Positions 7,194 to 16,681 of a stretch of 64,000 bases of DNA are shown here, one piece after another; the stretch's first letter is position 1, and every line of letters starts with the position of its first letter. Origin of the DNA: Candidatus Micrarchaeota archaeon (lineage in GTDB: Archaea; Micrarchaeota; Micrarchaeia; Anstonellales; J096). The translations under genes were made by a program, and so were the position numbers. The notes beneath the pieces are model-generated. The model worked only from the letters and a program-made list of their open reading frames with translations. It had not been told where the DNA came from and did not search any database. The DNA lies in NCBI GenBank assembly GCA_015523325.1, contig WAKO01000003.1:77-64076 (forward strand), written 5' to 3'.

Positions 7194-8570
7194 ATGGATA
7201 AAGGAAGTATTTTCCTTACAGGATTAGTTATGTTTTTCTTTTTAACATTTATCCCTAACTTTATTGATCCTTATTCCACTCAACTAACTTTTAGTTATTA
7301 TATGGTTAATACTCCATTTTATGTTTGGGGAGGAATAGCAACTCTTATTATTTCCGCTCTTGCTTTTGCTGGAACTGCTTATTATTTGAGAGCTTACCTT
7401 CCAACATTTTTTGGAGGTAATAGGGCTAAGATTTATTTAGCCATTTCAGCAGTGCTTGCTCTTGCATTTTATTACTTCACATTTGCTACAACATCCTTGA
7501 ACTTGTTTGCATACATTGAGATGAATGGCTTTCTCTACACATTCTTTTCAATGCTTCTTAATGCATTTATAATAGCTCTCTCCTCCATCCTTTTCATTGA
7601 TTTGGGAAATTTCTTGAGAAACTTAACAAAGGCAGAAACCTCTACATCTCTAGGAGGGTCTTTAGCTTCTCTTTTCTCCTTAGGTTGTCCTACCTGTGGA
7701 TCAATTATTTATTCAATGCTTGGAATAGTTGGAGGGCTTACAATATTGCCTTTAAAAGGATTAGAAGTAAAGTTACTTTCTTTAGCTTTGTTAATGTATG
7801 GAACTTATTTACTTTATAAGAGATTTTTCCCTGATGTAAAGATTAACCTTGTCCCTTCAGCTAACACCGCCTTAATTGCTTTGCTGGTCTTGGCCTTACC
7901 TATATTTGCTTATGGCCAATTCCAGCTAATGGAGATCTCCTCTTCTTTGGGGGGATCTCAAGTAGGAGGAAGCTCTTCTCCTGCTTTAGGACCTGCAAGC
8001 TCCTTTTCTTCAGCAAATTTGGAAGGAGTGGATGTTTATTCTGTTTCCTCCACTCCTGAAGCTTTAATTACAGTATTCCCAGAGCTTAAAAATGCTAAAA
8101 CAGAGCAAGACGTTATAGGCATTCTTTATCCGAGAGGAGCTCCAACCTATTCACAAGTTTTAGGAGGAATAAACTATGATGATCCGGTTAACTCAATGGA
8201 GTACTTATCCAGGTATTACTTTGCAGTAAGGGAAGATATAAGGAAAAACAAACCAGAGGTTTGGAACAGATATATTAATTTAGCTGCAGCTCCAAGAGGG
8301 ATTAGCTGTGAATTCTGTTGTGGAGTTGGGCCACAAGGAATAGATTCTCAAGGAAACCTAAGGTGTGGCTGTAAACACAATGTAGCATTACAAGGATTAG
8401 TTTTGGGATTAATGTCAAATACTGATTTGAGTGATGCAGAAATACTTAGGGAAGTTATGAAATGGAAAACTCTATTCTTCCCACGAAACATGGTTGCTTT
8501 AGGAGTTCAACTAGCTGGAAATGATGCCTCCTCCCTCTCCTCTCTTCCAGGAATGGTTGGAGGTTGTTAA
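7194..8570 (+). CDS. Multi-pass membrane protein (GCPTCG) fused to a Cys-rich domain, C-terminal LPGMVGGC
   Basis: GGAGGTG RBS before ATG 7194; about 7 TM segments; CEFCCG...CGCKH cluster; MVGGC-stop. Confidence 0.85.
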   Translation: MDKGSIFLTGLVMFFFLTFIPNFIDPYSTQLTFSYYMVNTPFYVWGGIATLIISALAFAGTAYYLRAYLPTFFGGNRAKIYLAISAVLALAFYYFTFATTSLNLFAYIEMNGFLYTFFSMLLNAFIIALSSILFIDLGNFLRNLTKAETSTSLGGSLASLFSLGCPTCGSIIYSMLGIVGGLTILPLKGLEVKLLSLALLMYGTYLLYKRFFPDVKINLVPSANTALIALLVLALPIFAYGQFQLMEISSSLGGSQVGGSSSPALGPASSFSSANLEGVDVYSVSSTPEALITVFPELKNAKTEQDVIGILYPRGAPTYSQVLGGINYDDPVNSMEYLSRYYFAVREDIRKNKPEVWNRYINLAAAPRGISCEFCCGVGPQGIDSQGNLRCGCKHNVALQGLVLGLMSNTDLSDAEILREVMKWKTLFFPRNMVALGVQLAGNDASSLSSLPGMVGGC

Positions 8571-8685
8571 TTGAATTAACGCAAAAAACAAAAAATTCAG
8601 CGGTTGATTTAAATACTTTCTTATGTTTTTTCTTATACTTTTGTTTTTTAGGTTTTAGAGGTTTTTTAGAAAGGAGGTTGATTAA

Positions 8686-9837
8686 ATGGAACTTAGTAAT
8701 GAGAAAATAGATATTATTGTAGCTGTTTTAGTTGCTCTTACTTTTTTAGTTGTAATATTTAATTTTTATACTTCTCTAACCTTAAGCGAACAAATTGATA
8801 AGAAAATTGAGGAACTTTCTAATGTTAATGTTCCTAAAATAAATATTTATTTGATTAAAGAGTCTTCTTGTAATGAATGTTTGGATTTGCAAGGAGTTGC
8901 AAGCTCTCTTGCTTCTTCATTTCCTGGAGAAGCTAATTTAGAGGTTTTGAATAGAGAGGAGGGAAATTCATTTATAAGGAAGTATTTGATAAATAGGCTT
9001 CCTGCAATAGTTATTGAAGGAGATATCTCCTCCTTTAACGTTCCTCCCCAGCTAAACTTTGTTGAAAAAAATGGAGCTCTTGTTTTTGAAGGAGCAGTTC
9101 CTTACTTCTCATTAGAGGATAATTCTGTTAAGGGAGTTGTTGAGTTCATATTAATAAATCATAAAGGATGTGAGGTTTGTAAGGATATGAAAGTTGTTTA
9201 TGATTCCCTAACTTCAACAGGTATAGTTGGAAATCTTAAAGAGCTAGAACATCCGTCTGAAGAAGCAAATGAATTTGCTAATAATTATTCAATAACAAAA
9301 TATCCTACAATGCTTATAAGTAAGGATATTGATGAATATGGAATTCCAATAGGAGATTCAAATTTGGTTAGAACTTATGATAATTATTATGTTTTAGATC
9401 CCATTCCTCCTTACTTTGATTTAGAAGAAAAGAGGATAAGAGGAGAGTTGGAAGTAATTTACTTATTCTCACAAGACTGTGAGGATTGCATAAATATAAG
9501 TACTTTCTCAAGCGCTTTGAGGGATATCGGGCTTTACTTAAAGAATGAAACAGAGGTTGAAATAAACTCTCCTCAAGGAGAGGAGTTAATTTCAATTTAT
9601 AACATAACAAAGGTTCCAACGTTTATTCTAAAAGGAGATATAGAGGCTTATCCTGGTTTAAGAGGAAGTTTAGAAGAGATAGGATATTTTGTTAATGAGA
9701 GTTTCGTTTTCTCTGATTTGGAAAGAGTAGGTAAATATATAGCGGTTGGAGAAGAGCTTGAGAATGAAAGTGTTAATACAGGGAATGAAACTCTAGATGA
9801 AGGTTTGGTGAATGAAACAATGAATGAGACAGTATAA
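8686..9837 (+). CDS. Membrane-anchored protein with three thioredoxin-like CxxC repeats
   Basis: N-terminal TM; CNEC, CEVC and CEDC each followed by a Y-x-I-x-x-x-P cis-Pro-like loop (INRLPA, ITKYPT, ITKVPT). Confidence 0.8.
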   Translation: MELSNEKIDIIVAVLVALTFLVVIFNFYTSLTLSEQIDKKIEELSNVNVPKINIYLIKESSCNECLDLQGVASSLASSFPGEANLEVLNREEGNSFIRKYLINRLPAIVIEGDISSFNVPPQLNFVEKNGALVFEGAVPYFSLEDNSVKGVVEFILINHKGCEVCKDMKVVYDSLTSTGIVGNLKELEHPSEEANEFANNYSITKYPTMLISKDIDEYGIPIGDSNLVRTYDNYYVLDPIPPYFDLEEKRIRGELEVIYLFSQDCEDCINISTFSSALRDIGLYLKNETEVEINSPQGEELISIYNITKVPTFILKGDIEAYPGLRGSLEEIGYFVNESFVFSDLERVGKYIAVGEELENESVNTGNETLDEGLVNETMNETV

Positions 9838-9839
9838 AT

Positions 9840-10292
9840 TTGGTTGAGGATAGTATGGGAAAGCTAAAAGAGCCCTCTTTTCCAACAAAAAAAGTGGTTA
9901 TTGCTTTTGTTATTGCTCTTTTGTTTCTTTTTGTGCTATCACTTTTGTTCAAGAAGAACCTCCCTCCCACTGATATAAGAGGGCATATAGAATCCTATCC
10001 TCCTTCTAGGATAATGGAAGAGCCAATAAGTGTTGCTGTTCATAAGCATATTTTAGAGCATACTCCTTCTGGGAGGAGAGGAGTAATAATAAATTATAAC
10101 TGTGTTAAGTTTAGTTGTGAAGAGGGATTGCTAGAAAAGCTTGAGGAAATAGCACTTTCTGATGATAGGACTTATTTAATACCAAACAATGAAATGGATG
10201 CAAAGATAGTTGTTTCAGCAATAGGAAATCAATTGGTTTTGGATGAGTTTGATGAAGCAAAGATAAGAGAATTCATTCAACAAGTTCCTTAA
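9840..10292 (+). CDS. Membrane-anchored His-rich protein, DUF3105-like
   Basis: TM helix, GHIE, VHKHILEH...GVIINYNC pattern resembling DUF3105 (HxLEH-G-V-x-I-x-Y-x-C). Confidence 0.55.
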   Translation: MVEDSMGKLKEPSFPTKKVVIAFVIALLFLFVLSLLFKKNLPPTDIRGHIESYPPSRIMEEPISVAVHKHILEHTPSGRRGVIINYNCVKFSCEEGLLEKLEEIALSDDRTYLIPNNEMDAKIVVSAIGNQLVLDEFDEAKIREFIQQVP

Positions 10293-10329
10293 CTTAAATT
10301 AAGTTTAAATTTTGATGAAACCCTAGCAC

Positions 10330-10932
10330 TTAGAGCACAACCCTAACCTTATCCCCATCCTTTAGCTTTAACTTTTCTCTTAAAAAGTATGGGCTTACAA
10401 CCTCAAGCACATTATAACCATACCTACTCTTTATAGGTATTATTATTCCTCCTTCAACTCCATTTATAAAGCATTTTTTTAAGTATGTTCCTCCATATTC
10501 TTTTCCATCTTTTTTAAAGCCTTTTAGGTATTCAAAGGATAGACTACTTAGAAATGCTCTTTTTTTAGTATTTTTTTCATCAAGCCTTATGTTTAGTGTC
10601 CCTTCAAAAGGAGAAAATCCTAGCTTTTTCTTTATCCCCTCTTTATAATTTCTTATACTTAGGAACTTTTTTCCTTCTCCAACACCACTAAAAACAACTC
10701 CTTCTATTTCCATTCTTTTTCTTTCTAATAAGGAGTTAGAGAGTTCTTTATGGAGTTTTAATAAAAATTCCTGTCCTTTTGCTGTTAATTTTTTTCCTTT
10801 CACTAATCCTTCTTTCTCCAACTTCCTTAAATTATACGACACCCTTTGTTGTGAAACTTTTAATGAATCAGCTATTTCAATTTGTGTGTTTTTTCCCCTT
10901 AATAACTCAATAAGGATAAGTAGTCTTAGCAT
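10330..10932 (-). CDS. ribK: CTP-dependent riboflavin kinase with N-terminal HTH (RbkR-type)
   Basis: N-terminal wHTH (TQIEIADSLKVSQQRVS); GVVFSGVGEG, PFEGTLN and LEVVSPYFLREKLKLKDGDKV motifs. Confidence 0.92.
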   Translation of the reverse strand: MLRLLILIELLRGKNTQIEIADSLKVSQQRVSYNLRKLEKEGLVKGKKLTAKGQEFLLKLHKELSNSLLERKRMEIEGVVFSGVGEGKKFLSIRNYKEGIKKKLGFSPFEGTLNIRLDEKNTKKRAFLSSLSFEYLKGFKKDGKEYGGTYLKKCFINGVEGGIIIPIKSRYGYNVLEVVSPYFLREKLKLKDGDKVRVVL

Positions 10933-11002
10933 TTTATCCTTCCGATTTAGTTATTTCAGTTTATTTTTTAAGCCCTTTCTCTTTCTCTTCTTTATATTTA
11001 AT

Positions 11003-12199
11003 CTAATTCATATTAAGGGTTTTTAAGCTCTTCAAGTCTTCTATAAGCTTTGAGGAAGCATCTTTCCCTTCTTCCTTATATTTCTCATAAAGCTCTACCA
11101 ATAGAGATAGGTAGTTCTTTTTTATTGGATTTCCAAATACTTCTCTTAATTCTTTTATTTTATCAAAGAACAAGCTAACTCTTTCCTTCCCTCCTTCCTC
11201 ATTTATTTGGTGGATTAAGAAAATTAATTCTTTATTCTCCCTATTTTTTAGCTTTGTTTTAGCCAAGTAGCTTAATAATTCAATTCCTTCTTCTCTAAGG
11301 CTTAGAATTAATGAGTGTATATTTTCCATTATTGGATAGGGAATTATTTCTTTAATTGCATATTCTCCTTTCATCATTGTTGGAATAAAAGCGGTATTAT
11401 AATCCAGTATTATTTTTCCAACTTTGTTGGGAGGAATTAGTTTTTTTGTTGAGTTTGGAAAGGTAATTTTTATTGTTGTGAGCTCAACCAAAAAACTTAG
11501 GCTTTCTAAAAAATAGGAGGAGGTTGTTTTTGAGCTAAGCATATCTTTTGAAAGAAGAAGGACCCTTATTATTTCATTTCCTTCAAAAATCCCTTCATCA
11601 GCTATTTCTTTTATTAGGTTTAAATGTTGGGGTTTGAAGTATTTAGCACTAACAAGTCCTGTTAAGTCTAAATATAGGCTTTTTGTCTCTATATTTTGTT
11701 TATTTTCTAGACTTTTTGCTTGAATAATTAGGTCTTTTATTTCCTCTTTCTTTAATTCTTCTCTCTTTTGAAGCAGGGCTTTTAGGAATTTTAGCTTTTG
11801 TTCTTGATCCTCCTCCTTAGAAAGCCCTATATTACTGAAGAAATAGCTAATTATTTCTTTTTCTTCTTTACTCAACTCTTTTTTTTCTTTTAGTAGTTCT
11901 TCGTAGATTAAGGACAACATCCTATAATACCTTTCTTTATAAGTTTCTCTAAGTTTGCTTATAAGAGGAATTTTTTGAAATTCTCCTTTTATGTTTACTT
12001 CTTCTATTTTTATCCCTATTAGCATATTTTCGTATTTCTCATAAGTTGGGAAGCTAAAGTTATGATTTATCTTAATTGGACCTTCCTCCATTATATTTTC
12101 TTTTATATTTTTCTTAAGTTTATCTTTATTCTCTCCGTTTTTCAAATCATTTTCTAGCTTGCTATGTTTTTTCCTTTTTTCTCTCATTATACCCACCAA
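11003..12199 (-). CDS. Hypothetical protein (K/E-rich, helical)
   Basis: 398-aa ORF with native codon usage and no recognisable motif. Confidence 0.7.
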   Translation of the reverse strand: MVGIMREKRKKHSKLENDLKNGENKDKLKKNIKENIMEEGPIKINHNFSFPTYEKYENMLIGIKIEEVNIKGEFQKIPLISKLRETYKERYYRMLSLIYEELLKEKKELSKEEKEIISYFFSNIGLSKEEDQEQKLKFLKALLQKREELKKEEIKDLIIQAKSLENKQNIETKSLYLDLTGLVSAKYFKPQHLNLIKEIADEGIFEGNEIIRVLLLSKDMLSSKTTSSYFLESLSFLVELTTIKITFPNSTKKLIPPNKVGKIILDYNTAFIPTMMKGEYAIKEIIPYPIMENIHSLILSLREEGIELLSYLAKTKLKNRENKELIFLIHQINEEGGKERVSLFFDKIKELREVFGNPIKKNYLSLLVELYEKYKEEGKDASSKLIEDLKSLKTLNMN

Positions 12200-12219
12200 T
12201 TCTCTAGCTATTCTGATTT

Positions 12220-12504
12220 CTAAAATTTCTTTTCAATCTCCCTTAGCTTTTCTTCAAGCTCTTCAAGAGAAACCTTTCTTTTGTATGACTCTTTTTCTGC
12301 CCATTTAAAAAGAGCTTTTACTTCTCTTTCCAACATTTTAATCTCTTCACAACTTAGTATTTCATTTGCTTTTTCTCTTTTTTTAGCTTGATTTTTAGAA
12401 GGGATTGTTTTAATTATTCCTTCTTCAAGAATAGAGGAATAAATTCTTTTTGCTCTCCAGGCATCCTTTTCTTCTTTTATTTTCCTGTAGCTATAACTTT
12501 TCAT
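12220..12504 (-). CDS. Hypothetical protein
   Basis: 94-aa charged ORF co-oriented with 11003-12199. Confidence 0.6.
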   Translation of the reverse strand: MKSYSYRKIKEEKDAWRAKRIYSSILEEGIIKTIPSKNQAKKREKANEILSCEEIKMLEREVKALFKWAEKESYKRKVSLEELEEKLREIEKKF

Positions 12505-12528
12505 AATATTAATTTAATGTGAATATTT

Positions 12529-14058
12529 GTGTTTAAAAATGTTTGTTTTCTTTTCTTAACCACTCTTTTCAACCCTCCCATCCCTTACCTTTTAATTGGT
12601 TTTTATAGTAATAATTTTGTGTGTGTTTTAAGAAGAGAGTCTCCATCACAAGAAAAAAACTTAATGAGAGATTTGGAGAGAGGAATTAGGATTTCTCTGA
12701 ATCCTCAAAACTGGAATAAAAAAAGAAGAGGAAGGATGGAAAGAGCATTTCAGAATTTAAAAAAGTCTGGATATTTGAGAGAAAGAAGGAAATGGGTTAT
12801 TTCCTTTAATAAGTCAAAAGCGTTGGGAATAAAGGGATGGAGTAATGTTGTTCTAAAAGTTAGAAATTCCCTTCCTTTAGAAGCTGTAGGAGATTTTTTG
12901 GAAGAATTACCTACCCTTTTTCCTTTACTTATAACTTTGAGGGAAATGGTTCCAACAAATATTATAAGAGATTATAGACCTTCCTTACAATATAAAGCTT
13001 GGGAGTACATTTTAGATAATGTTCCTATAAATGCAGTTGTCTCAACAGATAGGTTTAGCTCCTTTGGCTTTTCTCAAATGCTTGCCTCTACTTATGATGG
13101 TTTAAGGAGAGCTTTTGGAAAGGAGTTGTTAAGTGAGAGTTATGAGGAATGTGTTTCTCCTCTCTGCCAAGTTAAGGCTCTTTACCTTTTGGTTTATACT
13201 GATTTGAGGAATGCTTACTTCTTTTTTAAGAAGACAAGCCCTAAAAAATTCCAAAAAATTTGGGATTCTTCCTCTAAAGAAGAGAAAAGAGAGTTTGTCG
13301 TTTTTTTAGGAGCCTTACTTGTAAATACTGGATGGACTAGGAAAGTTAGGCAAAATGTGATTGCTCCTGCATTAAAAAACTCTAATAGCTTAAAGGAATT
13401 AATGGCTGAGATTGCTGTTAGGGCGAATAGGATTATGAAGAATAATGATAGTGGAGATTATGCTTTAGACGTTTTGAAGTTTTATAGGTATTTAAGAAAT
13501 AGGGTTAGTCCTTCTTTGCTCTCTCCAGCTTTCTCTGAAAGTGTTAGGGAAACCCAACCCTTGGAGGAAATGGATAGTTTTGTTTATGCTGGAAGGCTTA
13601 AAAAAGTGAGGAGGAAGAGTAAAAGAACTGGAAATGAATATGATTGTTATATCTTTACAATAAATAGTGATGAAGAAGAATATGAAAGCTTTTGGAATTT
13701 TAACATGATTAGGGCTTTGCTTAGAGATCCTACTCCTGAGGATTTAGATGAAAATTATGATTTAGTGCTTGGTTTTAATGGATTGAAGGATGTTACAAAG
13801 GAAGAGATGGAAAGGGTTGGGGGGATAGTTGCTATTCCTGAGCATTTGTTTGATAAAGAAGGGATAGGAGAGGAGTTTGTTGTTGTTGAGGGAAAATGGG
13901 ATAGTTATGGAGATATAGTAAAAAAATATATAGATGACAACCCTTCCTCTAGCAATTCTATTAGATATCGTGCAATACTCTATGCTTTTAACAACTCCAA
14001 GAAAGCCTCAGAGCTAACAAGGGTTAGAATTCCCTTAAAGCTGTTGAGAAGAGAGTAG
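12529..14058 (+). CDS. Hypothetical protein (true start probably about 12619-12664)
   Basis: Long ORF with no recognisable motif. Confidence 0.7.
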   Translation: MFKNVCFLFLTTLFNPPIPYLLIGFYSNNFVCVLRRESPSQEKNLMRDLERGIRISLNPQNWNKKRRGRMERAFQNLKKSGYLRERRKWVISFNKSKALGIKGWSNVVLKVRNSLPLEAVGDFLEELPTLFPLLITLREMVPTNIIRDYRPSLQYKAWEYILDNVPINAVVSTDRFSSFGFSQMLASTYDGLRRAFGKELLSESYEECVSPLCQVKALYLLVYTDLRNAYFFFKKTSPKKFQKIWDSSSKEEKREFVVFLGALLVNTGWTRKVRQNVIAPALKNSNSLKELMAEIAVRANRIMKNNDSGDYALDVLKFYRYLRNRVSPSLLSPAFSESVRETQPLEEMDSFVYAGRLKKVRRKSKRTGNEYDCYIFTINSDEEEYESFWNFNMIRALLRDPTPEDLDENYDLVLGFNGLKDVTKEEMERVGGIVAIPEHLFDKEGIGEEFVVVEGKWDSYGDIVKKYIDDNPSSSNSIRYRAILYAFNNSKKASELTRVRIPLKLLRRE

Positions 14059-14176
14059 CATTGTGGGTTAAAATAAACTTAAGGTAAAGCTAAGGTTAAT
14101 ATTGAACGATTAATTTTAAATCTTTCCCGGAGTATAGGCTATAGTTAATTTTTTGCGTTTTTTAACCACTTTGCTT

Positions 14177-16681
14177 ATGAGGGGTAAAATGGAGGTTGTA
14201 AAAGAATTAGATGTTTTTAGTGAAGAAATGGAGAGGATGTTTTCCTATAAGCATAAACTTCTTTCTAGAGTTCCTGAAGATTATTTGAAGAGATATAAAA
14301 CTCTTTATTATTTTTTACTTGAGAAACAACAAGAAGGAGAACTCCCTGTCCATCCAAACTATTGGGGAGATAATGAGTTGGTTAAAAACATATATGAGAA
14401 AAAATACTTTCTAAAAAATCTAGATGGAAAGTGCATTGAGAGAAAGCCAGAGGATTTGTTTATTAGGGTTGCTGCTTTTATTGCTGCTGTAGAGGAGGAT
14501 TTGGAAATAGCGAAAAAGACAGCTATTCAATACTATAAGGATATGTATTATGGTTTATGGATTCCAGGAGGAAGAGTGATTACAGGGGCAGGAGATCTTT
14601 ATAGAATAAAAACTTTAGCAAATTGCTTTGTTTCTCTTATAGAGGAGGATAGTATTGAAGGAATTTATAAGGCTGCTTATGAGGCTGCAAGAACTTATAG
14701 TTATGGAGGAGGAATTGGAATTGATATCTCTCCTTTAAGGCCTGCTGGTTCTGTTGTGCATAATGCTGCAAACAACTCCACAGGAGCTGTAAGCTTTATG
14801 GAGCTTTATAGTTTAACAACTGGTTTGATAGGGCAAAGTGGAAGGAGAGGAGCTTTGATGTTAACAATTGATGTTAAACATCCAGATGTAAAGAGGTTCA
14901 TAAAGATTAAGAAAACCCCTAATTGGATAACTTCACAAATAACAAATTATTTGAAGTGGAGTAATATGTTTAATGAAAAACAATTGAGGAAGATTCAAGA
15001 GGTTGTTATGGAGAATACTCAAGTGAGGTTTGCAAACATAAGCATAAAAGCTACTGATGAGTTTATGTATGCTGTTGAGGAACAAAACCGTTATGGAAGA
15101 GCTCTTCTAGTTTATCGTAAAATGGTAAAAGGAAAGAAGATGGAGGAGAAACAAACAAAGGATAACAACTATTCTTATGGAATGCCTCGCAAAGATATTA
15201 AGAAGTATGAGTTTATAGGAAGCTTTTCCAACATGGTTGAGCTTAACTCTTTCCTAAGCAAAACTTTCTCTCTAACTATTGAGGAGAAAGAGCTAGATGA
15301 TCCTTATAAAAGAGATGTTTATGGGGATTATGTTATTGAGCTAGAAGGAAAAGATTATGATTTGGCAATAAGGAGGGCTGGCGACTTTTTGCTTTACTTC
15401 TCTAGTGAGGAAACTGGAACAATAAAGGAGCTAGTTCCTGCTAGGGAAATATGGAATATGTTTTTGGAAGGAAACTACAAAACAGCAGAGCCAGGAATAA
15501 TGTTTTGGGATAGAATTGTAGAGTATAGCCCAAGCAATTATGTGGGAAGGCCAATATGCTCAACAAATCCTTGTGGAGAAGTGCCTTTAGAGGATGGAGG
15601 AGCTTGCAATTTGGGAAGCTTAAACCTATCCGCTTATGTTAAAAATCCTTTTAAGACAAATGCAGAGATTGATTGGAAAAAGCTTGGAAAAGCTATAGAA
15701 CATTTAGTTAGGTTTTTGGATAATGTTGTGGAGTGGAATATCTACTTAAACCCTCTAGAAAAACAAAGGATTGCTGCAAAAGAAACAAGGAGAGTTGGTT
15801 TAGGAGTAATGGGAATAGCGGATATGTTCTTAAAGCTAGGTTTGGCTTATGATGAGGATAGGGCTTTAGAAGTTTTTGAAGAAGTAATGAAGTTTATAGC
15901 AAATAAAGCTTATGAAACAAGCGCAAAGCTTGCAAAAGAAAAAGGGCCTTCTCCAATTTATAATTATGAAAATTACTCAAAAGGAAAGTTCTTTAGAGAA
16001 GTTTTAGAGGAAAATGTAAAGAAGCTAATAAAGAGGAATGGAATTAGGAATATAGCACTCCTAAGCATAGCTCCTACAGGGACTATTTCTCAAATTCCTC
16101 TAACCTATTCTTTAAACGGAAAGAACTATTTAGGAGTTAGCAGTGGTATAGAGCCCATTTTTGCTCTTTATTATACTAGGAGGAGCGAAAGCTTTGGGAA
16201 CAAGAGGTTTTTGGTTTTCCATTCCACAGTTCAAGCATATTTGGATGAGAATGGGCTTAGTGATATTGATGAAGCAAGACTTAAAGAATTCCTCCCTCCC
16301 CACTTCTTTAAAACAGCCCACCACATTGATCCAAAGAAAAGAGTTCAAATTCAAGGGATAGCTCAAAAATATGTTGACCATAGCATAAGCTCTACAATAA
16401 ATCTTCCTGAAGACATACATCCAGAGGTTATTTCAGAGATATATTTGGAAGCTTGGAGAAATGGGTTGAAGGGGGTTACTGTTTATAGAGATGGAAGCAG
16501 GTATCCTATTTTGAGTGTAGAGGGAAAGAAAACAGAGTTCCAAGAATTTAAGGATAAAAAGTTTAGAGTTATTGTTGATGGAAAGGAGTATGTTGTTAAT
16601 GGGGATGAGATAATTGTCCTTCCTAACGGTAGGTTAACTACCGTTTATCATGGAATTAAGGAAGGAATTTTCTCTATGTGA
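14177..16681 (+). CDS. nrdJ: Class II (adenosylcobalamin-dependent) ribonucleotide reductase, large subunit NrdJa
   Basis: PGGR, ANCFV, GRRGALM, EPGI, TNPCGE, CNLGSLNL, IAPTGT and KGVTVYRDGSR motifs. Confidence 0.95.
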   Translation: MRGKMEVVKELDVFSEEMERMFSYKHKLLSRVPEDYLKRYKTLYYFLLEKQQEGELPVHPNYWGDNELVKNIYEKKYFLKNLDGKCIERKPEDLFIRVAAFIAAVEEDLEIAKKTAIQYYKDMYYGLWIPGGRVITGAGDLYRIKTLANCFVSLIEEDSIEGIYKAAYEAARTYSYGGGIGIDISPLRPAGSVVHNAANNSTGAVSFMELYSLTTGLIGQSGRRGALMLTIDVKHPDVKRFIKIKKTPNWITSQITNYLKWSNMFNEKQLRKIQEVVMENTQVRFANISIKATDEFMYAVEEQNRYGRALLVYRKMVKGKKMEEKQTKDNNYSYGMPRKDIKKYEFIGSFSNMVELNSFLSKTFSLTIEEKELDDPYKRDVYGDYVIELEGKDYDLAIRRAGDFLLYFSSEETGTIKELVPAREIWNMFLEGNYKTAEPGIMFWDRIVEYSPSNYVGRPICSTNPCGEVPLEDGGACNLGSLNLSAYVKNPFKTNAEIDWKKLGKAIEHLVRFLDNVVEWNIYLNPLEKQRIAAKETRRVGLGVMGIADMFLKLGLAYDEDRALEVFEEVMKFIANKAYETSAKLAKEKGPSPIYNYENYSKGKFFREVLEENVKKLIKRNGIRNIALLSIAPTGTISQIPLTYSLNGKNYLGVSSGIEPIFALYYTRRSESFGNKRFLVFHSTVQAYLDENGLSDIDEARLKEFLPPHFFKTAHHIDPKKRVQIQGIAQKYVDHSISSTINLPEDIHPEVISEIYLEAWRNGLKGVTVYRDGSRYPILSVEGKKTEFQEFKDKKFRVIVDGKEYVVNGDEIIVLPNGRLTTVYHGIKEGIFSM

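Noticed and set aside
7040-8570. Selenocysteine read-through after GGC (thioredoxin-reductase-like GCUG tail)
   Set aside because: The stop codons are TAG and TAA, not TGA.
15080-15380. Intein in NrdJa
   Set aside because: No C/S start or HN-C/S/T end and no LAGLIDADG motif; treated as a plain insertion.
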